From positions 25,668,001 through 25,732,000 of the forward strand of contig NC_042999.1 of the NCBI RefSeq assembly GCF_006345805.1: a DNA stretch of 64,000 nt, given 5' to 3'. The position numbers were made by a program, and so were the translations under genes. Below, piece after piece: positions 1 to 12,860 of this stretch (its first letter is position 1; the number at the start of each line of letters is the position of its first letter). The notes under the pieces are model-generated. The model was not told the DNA's origin and did no database searches. It saw only the letters and a program-made list of their open reading frames with translations. Origin of the DNA: Octopus sinensis (taxonomy: Eukaryota).

Positions 1-756
1 TAAAAGAAATTAGTTTAAATGAAAGACATATACACTTCACACACTTACATGTATCATATCTGATGGATACATCATCAAACAACAGAATATGAAGACAACA
101 AAATAGAAACCGAATATACAACAAAATGGCCATTGTTATGAAACGGTGAACTACTGTGCTGAATCTATTACACCGCCATTAGAATTACTCAAATAAAAAC
201 ATAAATATTTTTTCATGACACACGATCGTTTTTGCTTCTAAGTAAGCACAATGCGGAGAATAGGTTTAGTTCATTAGAACATGAGAACAGCAAATGCAAT
301 GTCTTCTGTTATATCTTATCTAAGTTCAAATCCTAACTCTTTTGATGTCATAGACAAGAATCTGAAATAATTATAAGGAGCATAAAACTGTTATTTCTCA
401 TCAAGGTTTTTTTTTTACTTTATTTTGTACCATAACTTTTAATTGGGTTATATAAAGCATTTGCACGAACCATTGTCGTTGATTTCACATGGAAACCAGC
501 AGAAATATGTGATCCGTCAATTCTCTACAGACATCCCTAATATAAAGTCTGTATCACGTAATGTTACATAGAGTCAAATATATATGTTCAGCAAATTGTA
601 AGCTTATTTGTAACATGTATAGCGCTTTAGCAGTAGCACATAATTTCACCTGTTACTGCCTCCCTATACACAATATGAAACGAACGGTAAACAGGTAAGT
701 TACAGTTTAAATTAAGAATTGAAACATGTGCAATTTGTATGTGTAACTTTTTCCAG

Positions 757-847
757 GTTGTCACAGACGGAAGTGAAGTAATTTATTCTGGTACCAGACA
801 CAGTGAGGATTCCGCTGACAGCAGACGACGAGGCGATGTTAAATCGG
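757..847 (+). CDS. Candidate internal exon of an unidentified host gene (VVTDGSEVIYSGTRHSEDSADSRRRGDVKS)
   Basis: Acceptor tttttccag at 756, donor G|gtaaca at 848; only frame 0 is open; GC-richer than flanks. No homology recognised. Confidence 0.3.
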
Positions 848-1239
848 GTAACAGGAAAAAATATCTTCGTACATATATTTTATCATTTACTTTCACTTTC
901 TCTGAGATTATATTAATGTATGTATGCACACACGCGCGCACGCATGCACACACACATGTACAAACAAAAACATACACGCACACCCATGTTATATCCCAAG
1001 AGTTTTTTTATGTTTTAGATGTTATTTTTTCTAGCTCTATGTGATGTTCTTCGACGATTATTATTCCAATCAAGAATTATTCTATGTCCTTTCGAAAGCC
1101 TATCCAAATGCTATGACGTCATAAATACATATATATATAGCCTGTATGTGTGTGCATGTATATATGAATAGAATACATGTTCGTGTTAACATACACACCT
1201 ATATACGCATATACATGTATACCTGTAGATTTATATTTG

Positions 1240-1270
<31 letters not shown>

Positions 1271-1279
1271 GTGTGTGTG

Positions 1280-1500
1280 TGTTTGTGTGTCTATGTTTGA
1301 CCCGCCCCAACATCGCTTTGACAACCGATGCTGGTGTGTTTACGTCCCCGTTACTTAGCGGTTCGGCAAAAGAGACCGATAGAATAAGTACTAGACTTAC
1401 AAAGAATAAGTCCTGGGGTCGATTTGCTAGACTAAAAAGACGGTGCTCCAGCATGGCCGCAGTCAAATGACGAAACAAGTAAAAGAGTAAAGAGAAAAGA
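1280..1500 (+). mobile_element. SINE family A (tRNA head/CORE-like, internal microsatellite), 3' half
   Basis: Matches the 3' half of the full copies at 20592 and 46101, including the tail ggtgctccagcatggccgcagtcaaatgac-gaaac-aagtaaaagag. Confidence 0.85.
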
Positions 1501-1501
1501 C

Positions 1502-1547
<46 letters not shown>

Positions 1548-2192
1548 CATATGCATGTATACACATATATGTGCGTGTGAATGCATGTATGTATATTTTT
1601 TTTATCTAGGTATCTATCTGTATTTCTGTCTGCTTACATATGTGTTTGTGCTTGTGCGTGTGCGTGTATGTACTTAAATATGTGATATATTAGAGGTACA
1701 ATTATTTTTACCCACATACTAATATTCACAAAAGGCATACAGATTTTATATCAGTACATGTACAAGTTTCCTTTTGTGTACAAAACACTAAGATTACCTA
1801 CTCTGTTAAATTAGCTTCACTTAGCATATTCGTAGTCAACTTTGCAATCTCTCTGTGAAAACATGCAATCAAACATCTTTCTAACATGCACAGTTTGCAT
1901 ATATAACTCTTCATTCTTGAAAGCTCCTACGTGTCTGTCATTATATATATTTCCTATTATTTCCTTTCTTCTAGATCATTACTCTTTTAATGGTAATTTT
2001 AAATTACGCTGCCACCACATAAATCTAGAAACCGTAAAATATAGGAAAGGACTCTCCGTATAGTTGTCATAAATTATAATCTGTTTTACGTGTTATTTTC
2101 TTTTTTGTCTTATTTCGAATTTTATATTTTCTGGGTCACGTTTTTAGCATCAGTTTTGTTCACGTAATTTATGGCCTTCCTTCTTGCTGCCG

Positions 2193-2233
2193 GTGTTGTT
2201 GTTGTTATTGATGTATTGTTGTTGATCTTCTTT

Positions 2234-2265
<32 letters not shown>

Positions 2266-2660
2266 CTTCTTCTTCTTCTTCTTCTTCTTCTTCTTCTTCT
2301 TTTCTTCTTCTTTTTTCTTCTTTTTCTTCTTCTCCTTCTTCTTCTCCTTCTTCTTCTCCTTCTTCTTCTCCTTCTTCTTCTCCTTCTTCTTCTCCTTCTT
2401 CTTCTCCTTCTTCTTCTCCTTCTTCTTCTCCTTCTTCTTCTCCTTCTTCTTCTCCTTCTTCTTCTCCTTCTTCTTCTCCTTCTTCTTCTTCTCTTCTTCT
2501 TCTTTTTCTTCTTCTTTTTCTTCTTCTCCTTCTTCTTCTCCTTCTACTCCTCCTCCTCCTCCTCCTCCTTCCTCTTCTTCTTCTTCGTCTTTTCTTCCCC
2601 ATCGTGTTCTTCTTCAGCTTCTATTTCCTCCTCCATCTCCTCCTCCTCCTCCCCCTTCCT
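2193..2660. repeat. Compound (TTG)n/(TTC)n/(TCC)n tract with a 12-bp TTCTTCTCCTTC minisatellite (~2326-2490)
   Basis: Direct reading; it produces the spurious (EEEG)n and poly-R/F/L ORFs. Confidence 0.92.
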
Positions 2661-2730
2661 TTCGTCTTATTTGGTCTAACGTGCAAACAATGCATTATTC
2701 ATCATAACTATTTGATTTACTCCTTTACAG

Positions 2731-2771
2731 AGAACATGTCCTGGATATTGGCTCCGCGCATTGCAGCTTGA
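2731..2771 (+). CDS. Candidate terminal exon ((E)NMSWILAPRIAA*), phase-compatible with 757-847
   Basis: Acceptor ttactcctttacag; phase 1 joins G|AG to give Glu, TGA at 2769-2771. The other frames are also open, so the frame is uncertain. Confidence 0.22.
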
Positions 2772-3554
2772 AGTGATGTTGCTTAGAATTTCCAAGTTAA
2801 GCTAACATAAGTCTTAACCACTTTCATTCACATCACTCTCTATTCACCTGCATTATTAGCGTGCAGTTGCTGATCATTATACATTTTTGTTTGAATTTAT
2901 AAAGAAGATTATATACATAAAAAGTATTACTTGAGCAGCTGTGCAGTGCAGTTGTTACTTATGAAGAGCCTTAACTTCTGCCGTTACATTTTCTTCACCC
3001 CACAACCATTTCTTAGCCATCGACCTACGCCGCTTTATTTGCTCATGGATATTCAATCAGCTGCCAAACTGTCTAACTAATATTCTTGCACGGTCACGTG
3101 TTTATACATACACATATACAGACCAACATACACTCACTTACAGACATTTACACACACACACACACGGTGACATACACACACATCTATATAAGTGTTATAT
3201 TATATACGCGTGTATATACATGAACTTGCATCTAACAATATACTTTACTATAAAAATCTAAAAGATATTTATGGTTACTCACATTCAAACACACAAGCAT
3301 ATACACCACACAGAGCTACGTATGTACGTACACATACACACACATCTGTATGATTATATATATATATATATATACGTATATATAATATATATGTATATAT
3401 GTATATATATATTGGTAAAACGGTAAGATAACAAAAGAAAGAAAGAGACCACAATAATATAACCGAAGAGATGGTGTTGTGGATTTCCACCTCGGCATCC
3501 GAAACTCAAGGTTTTATCTTGGCTATTGAATGCTTGTCACATATTATTTTACAG

Positions 3555-3637
<83 letters not shown>

Positions 3638-4368
3638 TGTGTGTGTGTGTGTGTGTGTATCCACAGACACATGTATGTATTGAAATAGCATAATGTACTG
3701 AGATCATTGCAGAAGAGTTAAAAGTGTTATAGAAAGCAACTGAAATACAAGTTAAACGTAATGTAGGGAAAACTGAAACGAAAAAATGAAATGGTCAAGA
3801 ACATTATTTTGTTTTATATTTTAGTATTGCCCTTCAAATAAAACTTTTATTGATAGAACATGACAATTAAGGACCGATCCTTGCAGAAATGCAGAGTTGG
3901 TTCGTATTTTTTTCTCGTATTAAATAGCTCATATGGGACTTTTTTAGATCATGGGTTTTGTAAGATTAGTTTTGTAAGATACGTGCAGTTCAGTGCAAGG
4001 GTCAATTTCAATATACTTTAGAAATAAAAAGAAATACAAAATACAGTTGTAATGTTCAAACACGCATTCATATATATATTTACGTACGTATATTTATATA
4101 TGTATGTATATATGTATGTATATACGTATATATGTATGTATGTAAGTATGTATGTATGTATGTATGTGTGTATGCATGTATGTGTCTATATATATACATC
4201 TCTCTCTCTCTATCTATTTATCTATATATATACATATATATGTGTATATATATACATATATATGCATACATATATATGTATAAATATATATATATATATT
4301 TATGTATAAATGTATATATACATATAAATGTGTGTATATATATATATATGTGTATATATATATGCATA

Positions 4369-4454
<86 letters not shown>

Positions 4455-4637
4455 CATTCATGCATACATTTAAGGTAGGGGTTTAGTTCACAGGTGATCT
4501 AAACGATTAGGTACGCTAGGTAAGTGCTGTAACCGATTACTAGAGCTCCAAGGTTATAGCGGAGACGGTAGTTATGGAGCCATTGCAGATTTCTGATTCA
4601 GCGGATATATAATTGTTAAACAAGACGCCAAGGATTA

Positions 4638-5160
4638 CGGCAAAGCAAACATCGCAAGTCATATACGATATTATTACAGGAAGAAATTCAAAATCTCTAC
4701 TGCTGTTTCTGGGAGATCCTCAAGTTTGAGATTTTCCGTCATCAGAGGCTAACTGGGGAAAAAAGATATGGAAGATGACAATGGTATACATCAATAAGAT
4801 GATAACATAAAGGAATGGAATAGAAAAATAAGGAGATGGAAAAAGAGAAGAAAAAAAGAAGCATAAAATTCATAGTTTCAACTTTTCGAAGAAACCAAAG
4901 CATGAGTCCTTAGGTGTATTACTGCGTATTTCCATGAGTGTAAGTCTTTATGCGCAATCCTGCGTATATCCATGTGGGATATATGCCTTCCTCTATGTTA
5001 TAATGTTACTGATATATACCATTCTCATTTTCGATATTTCTTGCCCCAATTCGTCACTACTGAGGGAATATCACATGCTCGAGGATATCCGAGAAACAGC
5101 TGTAAGATTTTGAATTCCTTCCTGTATATGACTTGAAATGTTTTCCTTGCCTTCATGTTC
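4638..5160. repeat. Diverged inverted repeat (arms ~4638-4815 and ~4985-5160), each arm carrying a degenerate hammerhead-like motif (PLE pLTR-like)
   Basis: caggaagaaattcaaaatctctactgctgtttctgggagatcctc aligns with the reverse complement of gaggatatccgagaaacagctgtaagattttgaattccttcctg. Minus arm: CTGATGA...GAAAC-agca-GTA. Plus arm: GAAAC-AGCT-GTA at 5093-5104. Confidence 0.65.
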
Positions 5161-5207
5161 GACGACCTCTTTAACAATTACATACATACATACATACATA
5201 CATATAC

Positions 5208-5257
<50 letters not shown>

Positions 5258-5315
5258 GTATATACATATATGCATATATATACATACATTCATATATGTG
5301 TATATATATTTATAT

Positions 5316-5347
<32 letters not shown>

Positions 5348-5351
5348 TTTC

Positions 5352-5399
5352 TTATTCTGTTATTGTTTCAGACCTAAGGCTGTGGTCAAGCTGGGGCAC
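5352..5399 (-). mobile_element. Isolated LINE/SINE 3' tail fragment
   Basis: Reverse complement gtgccccagcttgaccacagccttaggtctgaaacaataacagaat resembles the LINE tail at 10863-10900 and the SINE-A tails. Confidence 0.5.
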
Positions 5400-5434
<35 letters not shown>

Positions 5435-6653
5435 TGTATGTATGTATGTATGTATGTATGTATGTATGTATGTATGTATGCATGTATGAATGAATGTATG
5501 TATGTATGTATGTATATGTTCGTATATATATATAACTGCATGATGAATATATGTGTATATATATTGAAAATTACTGTTGGAACTCGTGAGAAAAGGATTT
5601 CGTTCTTATCTTTGACTATAAAGCCTATGACTGCGTCTAGGATTCCATCTAAGCATGTTCTCGGAGACAGACGCATATTTAGACAGTATTGTAAGTGGCC
5701 ACAACTTGTCCGAATTTAAATTTCAGGTTTTAACAATGTTTTATCTTACAAATAAACACCTTTGATTACTTTTTTTGCTCTACTGGCCCATCGGTAGCTA
5801 TTTGATACTTAAAAAGAAACCTACAATATTTTTATAATCAAATACCAGTAATTATTCTTAATTTGATGTTTACACTTATGCCATTATGGAAATCAGCACA
5901 CGATTTCAATCGACTGATAGAGATAGGTGAGTTTAACCCTAATGATTAAGAGCCGCTGATGAGAATTAAGGTTGTCATCATCAAAATCCGACGCTTGTGG
6001 ATAGATTTTGAACTTTTGTTCGCGTCATTCCGGTTTGATAAACAAAGTTTTGCAGTATATTGGTGAATCGCTTTGCACACTAAGTTCAAATCTAACTTGG
6101 CTTTCATCTTCCGGGAGCCGATAAACTAGTCAAGTTAATTGACCGCGTACTTCGCAACGATAAAATCTGAAATGTGATGAGTATGTTAGAAATCATCATC
6201 GTCATCATCATCATTATGTCGTTGATGATATTGATGATAATACTAATGATTTTATTAGTATGTATGAAATCGGTACGCAATTGCTATTGCCTGTTCATCG
6301 AGTGAGGCAAGGAGGAGAAGGAGGAGGAGCTACAAGTGAAGTAGCTCACATACAAGTGTGGGTAGACAGCAGAAGGCGTGTTGATAGCTGTGCAAATATC
6401 AGCGAAAATCAAAGAGGAACGAATCGATCATCTAACGAAGAAAGCGAACAAAAGAGAAACAAGTAAAAAAAAGATTCACTGAAACAGTAAAACATCTAAC
6501 AGGTCATTTACGGGCATGAAGCCACACACACACACAAATACACACACACACACACACACACTCACATACATACACACACACGCATATGTATATATATACG
6601 TATACGTATGCGTATGTATATGTATATATGTATATATCCATATAATTGCATAC

Positions 6654-6711
<58 letters not shown>

Positions 6712-7404
6712 GTATGTATATTTGTATTTATATGTGTGTGTGTGTGTGTGTGTACGCATACATACACACACGTATATCTGTATATGTGTATCTACATATT
6801 TAAGGATTCGACAACATCATAATTCTGAACAAAAATGAATGTCCAACATTGGAATTAATGCTAAGCCACAACGATTAATTAAATATTTCCTGATAAATAG
6901 AATTCACTGTTTTGTATTCGGTTGACTTTACTCAAGGCCACCGCAAGTAGCGGGATGTTCCACAGAATGGCGTTTTACCCCCTTGTTTTTTTTTCCGCAA
7001 ATAACATTACAAACGGCTTAATAATAAAATTAAAATGTTTTGCAGTTGCTTCAAACCGCATCTGCGGAGGGGCGTCGATAGAGTAGCTGATCGAATGCAA
7101 ATGTGATCTGTGGGCTGTAATTCCATGGGCAGAAAGAGATGACCCCTATGATAATGAAAGAGCGAAGTTTTGACATCATTCCCTCTAGAAGAAAACATTC
7201 TCTCAAACACCCATAAACCCCTCTCTAGGGAGAAGTATTCGTAGCAAGAATATTAGTTGTACACACACACTAAGTAGATATGAATTCTGTGTATCTACGA
7301 GATGTAATCACGGATCCTTAGAACTTTTCAGTCAAGAAATCCAGATGCCAATGCAAACATAACAAAAAACATTCTCTCCTACTCGGGATCTATATCATTT
7401 CAGC

Positions 7405-8670
7405 TATCAAGTTGAGTAAAAAGCAAACAACGTTTTGAACCATGAAGAATTTGTACGAGATTTTTGCAGAGTTTTGAATTTTTAAAAAATAATTATTTGC
7501 AGTTTTCTGATAATACAGACACAGACTTGCTCAAATGCATCAATAAATTAACATTGATTTTTTTCACCGTTGTTACAATTATCTGAAATGAAACTGTCAA
7601 AGCGCAATATTTGAGCAATTTTGTTATTCAACTTCAGAAAAGGACGTAAATCAGCTGAAACTGCTCTGGGTATCAACGAAACGTTTGGTGAGGAAATTGC
7701 TAGTGACTGATCAGCTTGAAAATGGTTTAAACGGTTTCGCGGTAGAGACCTGAGCCTTGAAGGTCATGAGTGTAGTGGACGCCAACCTGTCAACGATGAC
7801 GGTCAATTAAACACAGTCATTGAGAAAGGTCCACGTACAACCACTCGAGAACTAGCAAAAGAACTAGCAAAAAAAGGTTAGTCAGAAAACCGCTTGCAAT
7901 CAATTGCTTGTGATCGGAAAATCAAATGGCTACCATACGATTTGAATGAAAATCAGAATATGTACAGATATGAAATTTGCTCGTCGCTTCTTCTCCGTTA
8001 CCAGGCCGATCTATTTCTCAACCGTTTTGTAGCTTGTGATAAAAAGTAGATTCTGTACAATGATAAAAATCTTTCTTGACAGTGGTTAGATCAAAATGAA
8101 GAACGGAAAACATTCCCTAAAGCCGGGCTTTTCAAAAAGAAGGCTATGGTGGCTCTTTCGTGACATACTGCTGGACTCATCCACTATAACCTCTTAAAAC
8201 CTAGGAAAACAATTACAGTAGAAACATATTGCTATGAAATTGCCAAAATTAACGAAAAACTGCTACTCCTCCGTTCCAGATTGGTTAACAGAAGAGAGTC
8301 AATCATTCTTCATGACAATGCTCGATCACACGTTTCACTAATAAAGCTCCAAAAGTTGAGGAAACTTGGCTACGAAGTTCTTCTCCAGCCTGCATATTTC
8401 CCAGACCTTTCTCCAACCGACAACCACTTGAAAGAACGAGAGAAGCAGCTCAAAAATCAAACCGATGATGAAATTACATTCACAGTGTTCATTAGCTTCA
8501 GAACTCCAGATTTATATGTGACCGCAATAAGCAAATTTGTAACTCGTTGGCAAAAACGAGTTGATTGTAATGTTACATACTTTGATGAATAAAATTTCCG
8601 CATTGTTGACATATATTGTGATGAATTTCATGTTTCAAAACGTTGCTGACATTTTACTCAGCCTGTTATA
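7405..8670 (+). mobile_element. Full-length decayed mariner (DD34D-type) DNA transposon, ~1.27 kb
   Basis: Imperfect TIRs tatcaagttgagtaaaaagcaaacaacgttttgaaccatgaa / ttcatgtttcaaaacgttgctgacattttactcagcctgtta, TA at both ends, internal transposase remnant. Confidence 0.92.
7588..8592 (+). pseudogene. Mariner transposase pseudogene
   Basis: MKLSKRNI*AILLFNFRKG..WFKRFR..SGR..TTRELA..WLPYDL..CDKK*ILY..HDNARSH..PAYFPDLSPTD: HTH, WVPHEL-like and YSPDL-like motifs, with stops and frameshifts. Confidence 0.88.
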
Positions 8671-9147
8671 TGGAATATATTCCCTAAATAATCATCAAAA
8701 GCATGAAGTTCGCGAGTTAATCAGCGCTACCCTCTTCAACTTTGATTTATCTTTCTTTATCATCTCAACTGGAGAAAATGAAGCCGGAAAAGAAAAATGC
8801 CGTATACATTAAGTGGCACAAAAATAAATTCCTTCTAGCTATGCCACAGTACCAAAATCCGAAAACATTTTGACCAAGAACAAGTCTTCACTCGAATGGG
8901 ATACGGTAAAACTACATATGATATAGAAGTGATCACGACTTGGTGACATTATGTTAGTAACAGTAGCCACTATTGATCCAATATCGTTGAATCATAAGTA
9001 ATCTTAGTGTATTTTATGTTAAAGTGCATATCTCCTATTTCCACCACACTGACATACACACACTCATAAACATGTGTATCTACGTATATGTATATTTGTA
9101 TATATGTTATATCAATATCTATATATATATATTATATTATATATATA

Positions 9148-10912
9148 GTTCCAAGTGTGTTCACTACACCTCTAGGACACAGGAGTAAACAACCCAGAAG
9201 AATTCTTTGCCACTTTACCAGCGGCCAAGAGACAAAAATTGAGTACCTCAACATCGAAGAAGATGATATCACATAGCCATTGATGAGATTGACACAAACT
9301 CAGCTGCTGGACCTGATGGATTCCCAGCGATCCTCTCAAATCGTGCAAACGAGCCCTTGCAAAACCGCTACAGCTTCTTTTTCAGAGCTTTCTTGCAAGT
9401 GGTAAGCTCCAGTCAAATGAAAGAGGGGGTAATATGCCCTATCCAAAGGGAGGTAGCAGAGCAGATGCTAAAAATATAGGCCTATCTCTCTGACCTCAAC
9501 ATCAGCAAAGTCATGGAACGAATAGTCCGTAAGAAACTAATCATGTTCCTTGAAGAAATGACTTACTGTTGACACCCAGCATGGATTTCGACCAGGTAGA
9601 GGCTGCCTACACAGCTCCTGCAGCACTATGACTGGGTGTTGAAACAGCTACTAAATGGCTCAAATGTGGATGTAATATATCTTGACTTTGCAAAAGCTTT
9701 GATAAAGTCGACCATGGTATGATCTGTCATAAACTGCGTGGTCTCGGCATAGGCGGGAAACTTGGAGAGTGCCACAACTTCCTAAAAGACAGAAAACAGG
9801 CAGTTGTGAGCAATGGAGCCACCTCCAGGAAACGCAAATAACAAGCGGTGTCCACAGGGCACTGTCTTGGGGCCATGATGTTCATAGTGGCCCTTTCAGA
9901 CATGCCTTCAGTTGCTACGATGACCACCCTTGCTAGCTATGCAGATGACACAAAGGTCTCCCACGCAATACAGAACCCTGAAAATATTGCGCATCTGCAA
10001 CATGAGCTGGACACAATATACAGGTGGGCTGAGGACAACAACATGCAGTTAATGCAGGTAAGTTCCAGGCCCTGCGCTACTGGCACACAAAGGTAAATGA
10101 CGTGAAGGATGGATACACTGGCCCAGGAAGAATTGCAATCCCTGAGTCAAAATCAGTGCGTGACCTGGGCATTGACATGAGCAATGATGATCTTTCCAAA
10201 TGCATATTGCTAATCTGGTGATAAAATGCAGACGGCTAGCTGGATGGATTCTCCGAACTTTCAGAACAAGAGAGAAGGAGACACTGATGGTCCTATGGAA
10301 AACATTTGTCCTCAGCCGCTTGGACTACGGCTCCAACTTTGGTCACCACACAATATAAAACAAACAGCAGAACTCGAAGCAACTCAGAGAAGCTAACACA
10401 AGAAAATCGTCTCAATGCAAAATGTCAGCTACTGGGAAAGACTGAAGGTATTAAACCTCTTCTCCCTGAGACGGAGGCGGAGAGATATGCAGTAATATAC
10501 ATCTGGAAAATCCTGGAGGGTCTTATCCCAAACTTTGGCATTCAAAGTTACTCCAACCGCAGAACGGGCGCCGCTGCGTGGTGCCAAGGATTCCAACATC
10601 ACATCAAAATACAGGTCCAGATACTGCAACAGCTTGGGTTTCAGAGGACAACAGCTTTTCAACATCCTCCCTAAAGCCTGAGAGACTTACATGGTGTGGA
10701 TGTGGTTTCTTTAAAACTAAACTGGATCTCTTCTTGTTGGAAGTCCCAGGAACCTACCTCACGACAGGAGACGCGGATGATGGGGCAGCAGCATCGAACT
10801 CCCTGTTGATCAAGTGCCACGTATCAGAGGTGGATTCACAAACTAGTGTGGCTCATTCAGTGGTGGTGCCCCAGCATGGCCGCGGCCTTCGGGCTAAACA
10901 TTTTTAAGGATT
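9148..10912 (+). mobile_element. 5'-truncated CR1/L2-group LINE: RT domain, ORF2 C-terminus and 3' tail, within a (TA)n tract
   Basis: Frameshifted motifs AAGPDG, YRPISLTS, QHGFR, YLDFAKAFDKVDH, SGVPQG, YADDTK, RDLGI, FKTKLDLFL; (TA)n on both sides. Confidence 0.92.
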
Positions 10913-10989
<77 letters not shown>

Positions 10990-12361
10990 TGTGAGTGAGC
11001 GCGTTTGTAAATGTGTGGTATTGTGTATACGATGGAAAATAGCAATCAATTACAAATAAAATCCAGTCAGAGAAGTAAAATCAATCTGGATGATACCTTT
11101 TTTTTCATCTATTTAGACATACATACAAAGAAAAGTTACTTACAGTATATATTCTGAAAAAATATCTAGCATTCTAAGAATGCGCCATATTTACACACAT
11201 ACACGCACACACAGAAACACACACCCACATAAGTATACATACATGCATACACGCTCATGCAAACATACATACATGCATACATATTTATGTATATATACAT
11301 ATGGTTATGCACACACACACATACACACACACACATATATATATAATATTTCTGGAAGGGTGTGTATAAATTAGCTATTAGTTAAAACATCCTTTGTAAC
11401 CATTATTTAAACGCAACCCGCCAGCTTTTGTTGCCATCACTCTCTGTTTAGTCAATGTTTACAAATAGCAGTTTTCCTCCTGGCATTCGCTTGTCGGGTC
11501 CATGTTACAGAGGAATGCTAATTATTTTGAAATCACGTGATAAAGCATGAACGTTTTGAGCACTCAACGCCTATACGAGATGCTTTTAGGGACGAACTCC
11601 GCAACCTGCAGTGTTTAAAGCCACACATACAAGTAACGTTTGATGCGTAAATTAATATGAACTCATATATATGTACGCATATATGTGTATGGCAGTGTGT
11701 CTGTGTTTGTGTGTATGCTAATGCAACATTATGTATCTTGTACGATACATAATAAAGTAGAAAGAATGAATTTTGCTAAAAACGATCTAATCTTAAAATC
11801 TGAGATATTATGTTTTGTAAAGCATGTTTTGTTATTTGAACACGTTCGTGTAGTGTTATATTACATACATGATGCTATTCAGTCCATTTCAAATATATTG
11901 CAATCATGTTATGATAATAATATTCTTGAATATTCAATGTTGCATATATTTAATTTATACACAACGAGATCTAGTGTTATATGGTTTGAAGGCATTAAAA
12001 CATTTTGTATAACCAGGGCACGAATTCAAGCGTCATTAGAGAATCCGCTCCCTAGAATAACATTACGTCGTTGCAGCCCTGCACTTGCTGTAACTAATAA
12101 GAAACATTTACAACGTGAATCTCAGCGGACTCTGTACATATCACCAGAGATTATCCTGCTCCGCAATTGTATAATGATTTATATTACTTATCGCTTACCC
12201 ATACTCTGGTAACGACTATGAATTCTATAGTGCGCTACTGAGTTCATTATAGATAAACATATCGGTCATTTACATAGTTATCTGCTCTTATGCATAAAAT
12301 AATATGAAAGATAGTGAAACAGAATGTAGCTATTTAAAATAAACATATGCAGTTGTATTCG

Positions 12362-12860
12362 TATCAAGCTTTGTCGTTCCCAAACACAAGTCTACGGGTT
12401 CTGTCCCATTCCCGGCACCTTGGGACGTCTAGTATTGTAGAAGACCTAAGCGAGTTCCACTAGAACCTCGGGTCAACTAAAGCCTTGTATGTATGTATGT
12501 ATGTATGTATGTATGTATGTATGTATGTATGTATGTATGTATGTATGTATGTATGTATGTATGTATGTACGTATTTATGTATGTATGTATGTATGTCTGT
12601 ACTTATGTGTGTATGTATGCGTGTGTGTGTCAGTGTATGCGTGTATGTATATTTCGTTGTATCTGTCCTCTCCACTGCTGCTTGACAATCGGAGTTGGTG
12701 TATTTACGTCTTCGCAAAATGGCGCTTCAGCAAAATAGACGATAGAATAAATACGACGCTTAAAACAAATATAATGGTGTCCATTCATTCCTTCTTGGAG
12801 GTAGTGACCCTGAATGACCGCAGTCTAGTGACTGAGGAGAGAGGAAGGTAAAGAATAAAA
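12362..12860 (+). mobile_element. Old SINE family A copy with an expanded (TATG)n centre
   Basis: Degenerate head (gggttctgtccca..ggcaccttggg), cctcgggtcaactaaagccttg, and 3' half ending gaccgcagtctagtgactga. Confidence 0.6.

Noticed and set aside
2150-2707. 150-aa and 178-aa ORFs with poly-R/E/Q or poly-L/F and (EEEG)n
   Set aside because: Entirely triplet and 12-bp repeats, which lack stops by construction; no splice or domain support.
5957-6000. CTGATGAG hammerhead-like start
   Set aside because: No helix II followed by GAAA and no helix I partner.
11685-12212. 175-aa ORF
   Set aside because: Starts in a TG repeat, has AT-rich background composition and no recognisable motif.
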